Of a stretch of 64,000 nucleotides of DNA, positions 25,900 through 36,604 are shown piece after piece. Under the pieces are notes generated by a model that saw only the letters and a list, made by a program, of their open reading frames with translations, ran no database searches and was not told where the DNA came from. The translations under genes were made by a program, and so were the position numbers. Positions within the stretch are counted from its first letter, which is position 1. Each line of letters opens with the position of its first letter. Source of the stretch: Tubiluchus corallicola (taxonomy: Eukaryota > Animalia > Priapulida); NCBI GenBank assembly GCA_030141605.1, contig JAQGDQ010000329.1, positions 186,001-250,000 on the forward strand. Direction: 5' to 3'.

Positions 25900-28800
25900 A
25901 AATAGTTAAGTTTGATTTGCATATTTTGCAGGCTTCCACTGGCTATGGCTCAGAATTTGAATATGATAGTGAACGAGAAAGAAAACGGTATGGTAATTAG
26001 ACTTCATCACAGACTGTATAGTGACATTAATGTCTGCTAAATACTAAATGTTTTTTATATTAGGAATAGGAATCCCCGAAGGCACATTTTCATCAAGCAA
26101 ATCAAAGCCAATTTTTTATGCTTGATTGTCATTCTACCGAAGTTCATCCGCGTAATCTGTGTTGTACTGAGCCTAGTTCCGAATAAAATATCAAGTTAAA
26201 GTGGAACATCTGAACAGAGCCAAGCCGAATTTTTTACTGAAACCGAATTGAATTTTCTTGTAATATATTACTTAGAATGCAAACATTCCAGCAATTGAAA
26301 GGAATTGTAAAATTTGTGACATTTAAATCGTTTTAAATTGGTAGTGGTTAGTGATCTCTGTAAAATTGTTCTGGTTGCTGAATCTGTGTTTTTATTTAAT
26401 GATTAATGTAGTAAGGCATTACATATTTTAAAACATTTTAATTATTTAAAAAGCAGTCTAAGCTTTCACTAATTTATTTTCTCATGTACAAGCGAATACT
26501 CTGCGACCACACTATTGTGCATTGACACTCATGAGTTGGATAGGGACCTACTGATGGTGCATCACACTTTTCAAGTTGTACAGAAACAGTACAAAAACAG
26601 AAACAAAATGTCTGGTGTTGTGCCATGTTGGCTGTTTACTATCACCTTTTTTCTGATAAGTTTTTGAGAGTAGCAGGCAAATATTTGGTCTGTTTAATAT
26701 CATTTTCACAAAATGTTACCATAAGCTTTTTCATGTTACCACGATAATATTACCAATGATTGATGATGATCGTAAAAAGGTCAAAGGTTAAGTGTACCAA
26801 ACAGCGTATTTGTGTACACTTGACAATGCCTCCCAACCCAAGCTACTATAATACTAACAGTTTTAACAGCTAACTGGATAACTCTACGCACAGACTAATG
26901 CATAATTAAAGTCCACTTAAAACAGCTGAAGTTACTAAACTGATATGGGAGACGGCTTTGTTTACCCACATTTCACGTGACTATTGTACTTAAGACACGT
27001 TGCTGTGGTACATTTAACCTTTGACCTACAGCAACTGTGAGTGTGCACAACGAAACTGTGAAATGATATACATACATACTTACGTTATATGTGCATTGTC
27101 ACAAAGACATGCTTTCCAGCTGTTTAACTTTGCAACTTTTTAGTGTACAGTCCAGAAAGTATGCCAAAATTCAAAAGCCTTTTCCTCTTTTAATACCGTT
27201 ACAACATAATTTGTTTATATTTCGCCAGACGTGTTTGCTGTTTACATCTTTTTTCTGCTGGATAGATGTAATTTTACATGAATGTCACCATTTTATATCA
27301 GGTTAGTTATGCATGTCTATTGCTACTACTTTTTCTAACTTGTATGTTCAGTTGATGCTCAGGTAACTTTTTCTTCTCATTTCAGTTTTAAGAGGAATGA
27401 TCTAACTGCAAAAGAACCCATCCGAGCTGAGAATACTTGTTCGTCGAAGAAACATTATGAAAAAGAGCTTAAGAGGTTGGCCCATTTTAACAGTTTGGGG
27501 TGATGATTTATAAATAAAATGTAATTTTGGCAATCCTAACAAACCATGTAATTATATTTAAAGCATCACTTTAGTCATAAAATGAAATTCTAGTACCTGT
27601 AGAAGTTGAGCACCAGGTTCATTTGATGTATTAATCCCTGATTGCGTTATCAGACCAGTCAGTTTTATCATCTTATTTATTTTTTGAGTTGTTTTGAGCA
27701 TAACAATAATTGGTTATTCTTATTCATCCTGTCCTCTGTCTGTTTGCTCATGCCACTGTTTTATTTGTCACTTAGTAAATTAAAATTAGCAAAAATTTGC
27801 TCATTTATTCTAACTATACCGGTTCATATCTGTGTCTGACTTTGTCTAAGAAATCCATCATGTAAAATGTTATTTTTACAATTTTTTAAGAATGAAACGT
27901 CGAGCTAGGAGTGCATCCCCAGTGCATGAGCGAACAGACAGGGTAAAGTCGCACAACCGAAAGAAAAGACATCACCATAATGATATGAACCAAGAGCCTG
28001 ACAGTGACGAACATGAATCAGACCGGTCTTCACACAGAAAAAAACGCAAGAGGCGATCGCCAATCATAAAGAGAGAGCCTTCGGCAGACCTAGATCCCAA
28101 TCTGCCAATCAAAACTGAGCCTGTGGATAATGGTTATGGTAGACGTTCACATTCGAGGCAGGATAGCCAAGATGTTAGTCGGCTTCATGACAAAGACGAT
28201 AAAAATAAAAAGGCAAAATCAACTGAAAAACAAAAGCCAAATTTCGAAATCAGTGGTAAACTTGCAGAGGACACTAACACATATCGTGGAGTTGTAATAA
28301 AGTACAACCAACCGCCGGAAGCAAGAAGGCCCAAAACTCGTTGGAGGTTGTATCCGTTTAAGGGAGAAGCTACACTCCCTGTGCTGTATGTACATCGTCA
28401 AAGTGCGTATCTACTTGGTAGAGATCGACTAGTGGCTGATATACCTGTTGATCATCCGTCGTGTTCAAAGCAGCATGCAGTGTTGCAGTTTCGGCTGGTG
28501 AACTATAACCGAGAAGATGGAACAGTTGGTCGTAGAGTCAGGCCATTCATAATTGATCTGGAGTCAGCTAACGGCACGTTTGTAAATAACAAAAAAATTG
28601 AGTCCAGGGTTTATGTAGAATTGATGGAAAAAGATGTGCTGAAGTTTGGCTACAGTTCTCGTGAATATGTGCTGCTGCATGAACAGTCCAAAGATGATGA
28701 AGCTGATCACGAGGATGCTGACTAATTTGACTTATTTGCTTATTTCAAATTCTTATCTTGTGTTTTTGACTAAGAAGTTAGACATTCTTAAACATGTGTA

Positions 28801-31800
28801 ATTAGACCTTTGAAGTCTAGGGCTCTTTAGGATAAAATGGCAACATCATTGCAGCAACTTTTATCGATAATTGAATTGATCTGTCTATGTCTCCATTATT
28901 AAATGAAAATATGTGAACAGTATGTCCTGAAACATTTTAAACATTATTGTTTGTATAGTTTCAGTTAGATCGCATGGCATTTATGAAAGTTATATAGTTT
29001 AAACGGGCAATTTGGTCATGGAACTATTGAAACATACAACCTGTCAATTCGACTTCTAACTTGAATATTTGTTGGCTAAGCTGCAAAACTTATTATTTTT
29101 TCTCAGTTTTAAAAATTTCTGTTTTATCCCAATCGTGTCACTATGTGAAATGTGTTGTTGTCGCCTGAACATTTTTTGCTGTAAATAACTAATAAATGTA
29201 GAAAGAAACATGAGCTGTCTTGTGTTAAACATATCACTTAATTTGCTGATGTAGTGCATTTTGACGAAGTTCTATAGCAATGCAACAACTTTGTGTATGC
29301 AAACATGTAGTACAGTAGATTCTATTCAAGTGAGTCGCAATTTTCCATAGCTTCTTATTTCCAATGTTTATAAACAACCGATGATACACCTTCCTAAGTA
29401 TGGCCTTTGATGTGCTAACACTAAAATTTTTATTCGTAGAATTAAGAAAGTTTCATAACTACAATATACATACAACACAAAATTATCATTAAAATGTTTC
29501 CTGGCACAGATATAGGAACTTCCGAAAATAAACAAGCACTTTGAATTGACTTGTACACTTAGCAACACCTTAGTAGCAGTTCATTAAAATCAATAAATAG
29601 TTCGTTACAAGAATTTGCAAATTTTGTGAATGTTGCATCAGAACATTTCTTAGTGGCATCATCCAGTGACAGTTAGTTACAATTTTTTGTAGCAGTCTGG
29701 AATGCAATATGTGTAGCAATTGTTTAGTTTTATAACCAAAACTTTGAAATAGATTTAAAATATCAATTCATGTGTACGCACTTGTTGCCACTCACTTTAA
29801 TGATTAGTCAAACGCTTCCAGTTATTAAATTGTCCATAAAATGTGCCAAGACGTTATACTTGAAATCACTGTGATGGCTAATGAAGGCGGCAGCATTTGT
29901 TTTGTTTTTGACAGTCATAACAGCATGAATTTATATCTTACTGGCATGCAAAATTGCTACAGCTATTTTTTTCAGTACTTGTAGAATTGTAATTCAGAAT
30001 TTCTTTGTTATAGGTACCAAGGGCAGCCATACAAATTTAGCACTTCTGGCTTAGATGCTGTATCCATTTTGGTAAACTAGGGACAAGATTTCTTCAGTTA
30101 ACATCAAATTCACAGAGGAATTTAGTGGCCCTTTTGTGGTTTATCATTTTGAAAAGTGTAGGCCTTTGTTAGTACATCATAAATTGGCTTTACTGTTTGT
30201 TTAACTGCTTGAAGCATAGCAGACTTATCATGATAGCAGAATAATGTGTTATTTGATTATAATTTAATACTGATTATGTGCAAAATGTTTCATGGTTTCT
30301 ATTAGTAAAACCTCCTTATACTGCTCGCTATGCGACTCTAGAAAAAGCTGACATTAAGCAAGTTTGGCGTGATGATGAGATGCATTAATACATACATGTC
30401 TATGCAAATATGGACATTTTCTTTTATCAAAAAATTGGGTGTTAAACGAGGTTAGCATTATAAATGCGGGCTATATAACGAGGTTTGGCTGCATTATATT
30501 TTAGTAATTCACAACATTTTCTTAACACTTCTGTCAGTTCACAAGGCATAAACTCTTAGTCAACAACTACTTACTTTATTATCCTGGTGCCAGAGAAGAA
30601 CATTTCAAACGAGATTCGTAAGTTTTAATCATTCTGAAACTCATGTTATTTAACATTGTTGATCGTCAAACTAACAGTTATTAAATATAGATAGACTAAA
30701 TTTTTTATACTTACTTTATTCAGTCATTCTCCTTTATCAAATGGTGTCGGCCCACTTTAAAACTGCACGCTTTCATTTCAGAATAAGTGAAGTTTTACTT
30801 GTGTTTTCTATTCACATGGTGATTGAGGATTGATTTTTTCTAAACAAGAATGCCAATTCTTTGCTTCTGGGTTATGTGTTAACAAACTGTGTAGGTTAAG
30901 GAAAAATTCATGATGGGGTTTCACTTTAACAGCAGGAAATATTTTTGGTTTTCCTCATCCTGAAAAAATTGTCATTTTCTGTGCCTTTTAATCCCAAAAT
31001 TCAACGTGTTTAGGTCAAAAGACAAAAAGGACATAGACGTCATCAGAGAGCATCATCAGTTTCTCTGGCGTGAAGATGACGATACTGACAGTTTGTGGTA
31101 AATTTCTAACAAGGTTTTGCCTAAATTTGTGATAGTGATTCTTACTAAAACTTACGTTAAACTCAAAAGGCAGTCAGTAGCCGTATGCATTTAACAGTGG
31201 TGTTTAGTACATTGTTTACACAATATTGTTTCACTCTTGTCAAAGTTTATGTTGGCATCTATAGGCATCTATGGTAAAGTAAAGGTGCAAATGGCAAAAC
31301 TGAAAAATTAACATTAAAGTGGTTCACAGTAAAATGGTAAACAATAAGCATGGAGATGTTTTTCGTAAATAATTCTGAAAGTAGTCATTTTCTTGCAGGG
31401 AAAAGAGGCTCGCAAAGAAATACTATGACAAGCTTTTTAAAGAGTACTGTATCTGTGATCTTTCTCGATATAAAGAAAATAAGGTGATTAGTGATGTGCG
31501 GGTGCACTTAGTTGTTATACAACTGAAGAATCATGGTTTCTTAGTTTGTTATTCAAAAAAGATGTTTTCTTTGTATCCTTGACTGTCAGTCATTTTACCT
31601 TAACTAGCACAAAAAAATTATCTATAATTATTCATTTGCAGTTGATACTTCTTGTAGGTAATGTAACCTGTGTTCATTCGTATAACATTATTGCATCTAC
31701 ATTGTTAGCCATCCTAAAAATCTCAGTTTTATTCTTAAGGTTGCAATGAGATGGAGAATAGAAGCTGAAGTAATATCTGGAAAAGGTACGTTTGATATCC

Positions 31801-34800
31801 CATTCGTTGTACATTCATTGTATTGGGAGTTGCAAGTTTTGCAAAATATTTGCAAGTTGCAGGTCTGCGCATGGTCAGAAATGTCATTGTTCTACAAGAA
31901 TCTATGGGACTCATTTTTAAATTGTATTTATAAATATACAGTCTAGCCTCGTTATCTCGCCCCTCGTTATGCCGCCAAACTCGTCTCTCGCCATAGATTT
32001 TACCAGGACGGATTTCCTGCTTTGATATTTACCTCGTTAAATTGCCACCCTCGCCACGTCATGCTAGGATGAGTACTTAGGTAAACTATATTCGTTATGT
32101 CGCCAAACAGACAAACTCAGAGGTGAATCGATCAATACATATACTGCGTGTGGATCAATATAACCGCGGTATGTAGACAATGCTGCTGTACTCAACAGAC
32201 AGACATAATTAATCTAGTGTGTGTCTCACCAGGATTAGATTAGGAGTGCTGTGGTTGGTTAATGCGCAGAGAAACTAAAGCGTCACCGATATCCTTACTC
32301 TATAACACCAAAGCTGCGTTTAAGTTTGAGTTTCCACAAAGTGTGAGCAACTTTACATGATGTCTCTGAAGCGAAAACTGTTTTGTCTTAATCCTGAACA
32401 AAAAAAGGAAATTTGTATTTATCATACGAACGGGCAGGCCGCGGGCAGCAGCGATGAAGATGACACGGGCAGTTGCGATGAAGACGATGGCTCATCTCAT
32501 GTATCGAATGACCAGGCAGCAGCAGCTGTCGACACACTGATGCGATATTTTGAACAGTCTGACATCGTCACAAGTGACGATATTCAAGGATTGTGTGTAT
32601 CATCAATGAAACAGTCGTCTCTTCTGAATTATTTCAGTCGTCAGTATCTCATTTGTGAACATTTCTAAATCTTTTGCTATGTTTATTGCATTTAAGTGTA
32701 TACTCGAAAAAGGTTTTTTAAATAAAAAAATAACATTCTAAGATTATTTTTATGACATTTTTTTCATTTCTGATTTAATGTTGATTGGTATCATAATGCG
32801 AAATATATTTTATATGTACATAGAGGAACACTATGTTAATCAACTATTATGTACAGTATGTATATACATATAGACTAACTTCGTTATATCACCGTTATCT
32901 CGCCATACTCGCCTCTCGCTAAAAATTTGCCCTAGACAGACAGGGGCGAGTATACTGTTAGACTGTATATGTTAATACAATGTTAATGGCCCTGTTGCAG
33001 ATATACGCTTCGCTCGGCGATGAGGTATTGAAAAAAAGTACAAGCGCTCACGGTACGTCGTCCACACTTAGTGCATTTATATAATGAATAAACTTTCTGT
33101 GCACTTTTTACATTAGTTGTCTGACTAGTTTATATGACCACCAGTGAACACAAAAAAGGGACCTCAGAACGAGTCAACGGACTGCCGTGCAGTCACATAC
33201 AATATACACTTAGTGTGCCAATAGGAAAGAATAAAGTTTTGCAAACTGATGTTTGATGGGAAATGCGTAAGATTTGGGTTATCATAATAAGTCTTTTCAC
33301 AGTCTTCACAGGTCAAAGGTTATGTGTACCATATCAGTGTGTCTTAACTATAACCATCACACAGCATGTGCGTAAAGCAAAGCCATCTGCTCTGTACCAA
33401 TTCAGTAATTCACGGTTGTTTTACATGGGCTTTACTTAATTATGCATTATTCTGTGCGTAGAGTGATTTACTAGCAGGATCTTGCTTGGGAACAAGAAAA
33501 AATTAACTGGGTGAGGTTCTCGGTAGCTGTTAAAACTGTTACTATTATAATGGCTTGGGCCATGAGGTGTTGTCAAGTGTACACAAATGCGTTGTCTGGT
33601 ACACTTAACTTTTGAGCTTTTCGCAATCATCATCAATCACTGGAACTGTGAAAAAGCTTATTATGTTAAGTCAAACTGTTATGCTTAAAGGCACTTAGAG
33701 GTTGATGTGGGTGTGAATACTTAATTTTAAATAAGGAATAGGCAGAGTTTCCTTACTGTGTATGACCTGAAAGCTTGTAACGAGGCAGATTCAACCCTGT
33801 GAGTTTACTCGACATTACGTGTCATTTGACAATCAAAGATGGCAAATGACAGCTTCGAGTCACTTGATGGCAATTTCTAGGACATGTCTAAGAAAAGCTC
33901 GATGCTATATTTAATAAAAAATAATAAAACCACAATGGCTCATTTTTTACTAGTCAAGGTTTCCCACATTTCTAAGCTTTTGTAGGACACTTTCAATGCG
34001 GAAATAACAAGTGCAACAACACAGAATCGCTTAGGTCTTGGGAGGTCAATTTTGGATATGTGGAACATGGAGAGAAGAAGAATGCTCTAGTCAAACTAAG
34101 TATGTAACTATGATATTTCATTAAACTGAGACAAAACATATCTTTCTTACTAGAGATCCATATATGAATAGACTATAGGCTTATTAACACAGATCGAATA
34201 ATTCAAAGTAACCCACTCCGCATTTACCCAATGCCACAAATAAGTAAACACAATATACTGGGCACTTATAAAATTGCACTGGTAACTGTGATTAATGATT
34301 GTATCAATGATTAAATGTATTGTATGAACTGCATTGATTGTAGGCATATAGTATTCTATTATATCGTACGGTAATGTATTGTTTTAAATCAATAATACAG
34401 TAGGCACCGCTTAATAGACTCACTTTGGGACCGAAGTGTTTTGACCCAATTAACCGACTGAACCTATTAACCGATGGGTGTAGTATTCCTGGTATAGAAG
34501 TTTGAGTCACCAGCTTACTATGCAAAAGTTTTTAATGAATTTTAGAAACGAAGTAATGCCTAAATTTCTTTGTGCAGTTAAAAATTAAAAAATGTATTTT
34601 AAAATATCAAATATTAATTTATATAACTGAATTAGCAATGCATTAAAAAGTATACTTTTCTAAATCAGACAAGTCTGTTTATTTGCAAAAATTACAAAAA
34701 TTCCTTCAAAGTCAGCTGTTTCATTTCATCGCAAAGAAGTTGGCTCACAAAGTTCTCATAATGACAAAAACATTGAAAATCTGTTGTACGATGCATAAAT

Positions 34801-36604
34801 TCTCGTAAAACACTTAGTGCTTGGCGTGCTTAAATTGTTGGTGATGCCCACGTTTCCCCGCAAGTAGCTTCGTCTGTAGTTTTGCCTAAGCTTCTGCTTG
34901 CTATTGTGACACACTTACTGTACTGTACCTGTATCCCAGGCATAATGGCAAGATCTACCTGGTTAAACTTTCTGGCAAAGACAGCCTCAAAGGCAAACCG
35001 CTAAGCAAGTGATTAAATGTTTAGCCTCCAGGAATTCTTGGGTAACGAGGTTAATTGCAGTAGATGTGCTGGTCAAAGGAAACCATCAGGCTAGCATATT
35101 AGCGTATGATAAACGTTCCTGCTTACAACAGACCAAACGGTACTTAACATGATTATTTCTATGTATATTATAGGACAAAAGCGAACTAAGATGATGTGAA
35201 AGTCATAAAAGCTTATTAGTCACACGAAAGTGTCTTACTGAAGTCAGTTATTGTATTGTATTGAATAATGGCTGCATAAAATGATCGTGACTCTCTTTTC
35301 TATTGTAAATGCAACTGAACCTGCTTAATAAATCAATGATTTTTGTGTTATGATAGTTCAATTAGTCAGTGTGGATGGTATTAATTGTGTGATTAGCTTT
35401 CATTTGGTTTGTTCTGCTACTTTAGTTTAGTATTTTCATGTGCTCCTTGAACAACAGTTTTTTTCAAATACCAGTTTTTTATCTGTGATAAATTGCTGTT
35501 CATTAACTTCCTTATCATACACAACTGTTATTCAGTATAATAGTAAATAAAGATTATTCTATCTATCTAGGAATTGGGAAAGTGCATTAATAAAAACCAT
35601 TAGCCATGTGCTTTGCTTTATTTTTGTAGGATTATGCCTGGACTGCTCTTACATGCTGAATTATCATCATAAGTAAGTAAACATTTTCTCGTATAGTTAC
35701 TGAGTTAAATATCTTAGCAATGTATTGTGTTTTAGGTTAATTCATTTTATTAGTAGGCTGTATTTTTTGTTCATTTTCCAGAAGAAAAGATGTAACAAAC
35801 AAGCGAAAAAAGAAAATCCTTACTCACCATGGTGTTGATGAATTGACATCTACACCTGCTACCACTTCGAAGGGTAAGCATCATGGTTTACATCTCCCAG
35901 CAAATCTGTACAAGAAAACTTGTTCACTTTTGTAAAAATTATAAATCATCTGGATTTTTTCAGACATTCCGTCTTCATCAAATAAAGGTACAATTTCATC
36001 AGAACAATCTGAAGATGAACCAGACCAGGTTGCAGAGTCTGCAGAAGATATATGGAAAGCGCCAGTTAAATTCACAGAAGATAAAACAAGGTTACATTTC
36101 ATTTACTTTCTGCATTTTGCATTCTTTTAAAAAATTTTGGTAATAGTTAGGGTATGAACAGAAACTGGAAAATTCTACTTGCACAAAATTTTAAAATTAA
36201 ATTGTTTGGATGAATATATACTTTATCAAATGTTTCAGTATTTGATTAGAGTGTATCAATATATCAAAGAATATTTCGCTACCCCAAGAAGACGTGTCAT
36301 TATATATCATGAATGCATTAAAAGTAGTACATACTTCTTTTGTTTTGAAGATTCCTGGTAAGGGAAAGGTGCTGTTTGTTTGCTTTTCTGCAATGTTAAA
36401 TGTGTCTTTATGTTCTACTTCTAATTATGTGTAAGTGTGAACAGTTTCTAATGCCTTAATCAAGTGCAGTAACGATGACAACCAGTAATTATCCTTTTAT
36501 TCTTTGTAAGCTTATATATAATGTTGTGCCGTTGTTTTATTTACTGTCTTTATTTTTTTAGGAATGAAGAATTTGAAGAATATTTTGAAGACCTGTTCTT
36601 ATAA
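24987..36604 (+). CDS. FRA10AC1: Protein FRA10AC1 homolog (spliceosomal C-complex-associated), 316 aa, 13 exons
   Basis: Exons 24987-25031, 25932-25987, 27386-27475, 30014-30059, 30538-30617, 31014-31097, 31399-31483, 31740-31785, 33986-34099, 35630-35672, 35782-35873, 35964-36090, 36562-36604; 951 nt, open throughout. Peptides DIDVIREHHQFLW, WEKRLAKKYYDKLFKEYCICDLSRYKENK, RWRIEAEVISGKGHFQCGN, LRSWEVNFGYVEHGEKKNALVKLRLC and C-terminal EEFEEYFEDLFL* match FRA10AC1. Exon 1 is inferred from ATG, phase and a GAG|GTAATT donor only. Confidence 0.93.
25864..25893. repeat. (TA)n microsatellite
   Basis: About 15 TA units just upstream of FRA10AC1 exon 2. Confidence 0.9.
26720..27026 (+). mobile_element. 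MITE-like dispersed repeat, copy 1 (inverted relative to the copy at 33311-33665)
   Basis: Internal inverted repeats GGTCAAAGGTTAAGTGTACCA...TGGTACATTTAACCTTTGACC. The body aligns by eye with the reverse complement of 33311-33665. Confidence 0.7.
27892..28725 (+). CDS. SNIP1: Smad nuclear-interacting protein 1 (SNIP1/Pml1, FHA domain, RES complex); single coding exon nested on the same strand in FRA10AC1 intron 3
   Basis: 277-aa ORF with a basic/RS-like N-terminus, then KPNFEISGKLAEDTNTYRGVVIKYNQPPEARRPKTRWRLYPFKGE and the FHA motifs LLGRDR..ADIPVDHPSCSKQHAVLQFR, IIDLESANGTFVN and KFGYSSREYVLL. It is preceded by an acceptor (tttttacaattttttaag|A ATG). Candidate poly(A) signals: ATTAAA 28898, AATAAA 29191 and 29592. 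Confidence 0.96.
   Translation: MKRRARSASPVHERTDRVKSHNRKKRHHHNDMNQEPDSDEHESDRSSHRKKRKRRSPIIKREPSADLDPNLPIKTEPVDNGYGRRSHSRQDSQDVSRLHDKDDKNKKAKSTEKQKPNFEISGKLAEDTNTYRGVVIKYNQPPEARRPKTRWRLYPFKGEATLPVLYVHRQSAYLLGRDRLVADIPVDHPSCSKQHAVLQFRLVNYNREDGTVGRRVRPFIIDLESANGTFVNNKKIESRVYVELMEKDVLKFGYSSREYVLLHEQSKDDEADHEDAD
30060..30537 (+). other. Probable U12-type intron of FRA10AC1 (intron 4)
   Basis: The donor GTATCCATT is one mismatch from GTATCCTTT. A branch-site-like TTTTCTTAAC ends 11 nt before the exon start, with no long pyrimidine tract between. This is the U12 3'-end architecture. Confidence 0.7.
30303..30492 (-). mobile_element. ~190-bp pogo/Tigger-type MITE family, copy 1
   Basis: Ends TAGTAAAACCTCCTTATA...TATAACGAGGTTTGGCTG. 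The reverse complement matches the copies at about 60655-60808 and 62281-62420 (shared atatttgcataga..tgtatgtattaat core). Confidence 0.7.
31939..32965 (+). mobile_element. Internally deleted pogo/Tigger-type DNA transposon with a transposase remnant ORF (32357-32668)
   Basis: Termini TA-CAGTCTAGC...GTTAGACTG-TA with repeated subterminal CTCGTTAT/CTCGCC motifs. The ORF joins a CENP-B/Tigger-like start (KRKLFCLNPEQKKEI) to a Tigger-like end (AVDTLMRYFEQ...KQSSLLNYFS) and lacks the DDE domain. Confidence 0.8.
33311..33665 (-). mobile_element. MITE-like dispersed repeat, copy 2
   Basis: GGTCAAAGGTTATGTGTACCA...TGGTACACTTAACTTTTGAGC; reverse-complement homolog of 26720-27026. Confidence 0.7.
34398..35245. 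mobile_element. Second, right-truncated copy of the 20093-21067 element
   Basis: Starts TA-CAGTAGGCACCGCTTAATAGACTCACTTTGGGACC and is colinear with the 20093 copy for about 850 bp. No right TIR is visible, so the end is approximate. Confidence 0.85.
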
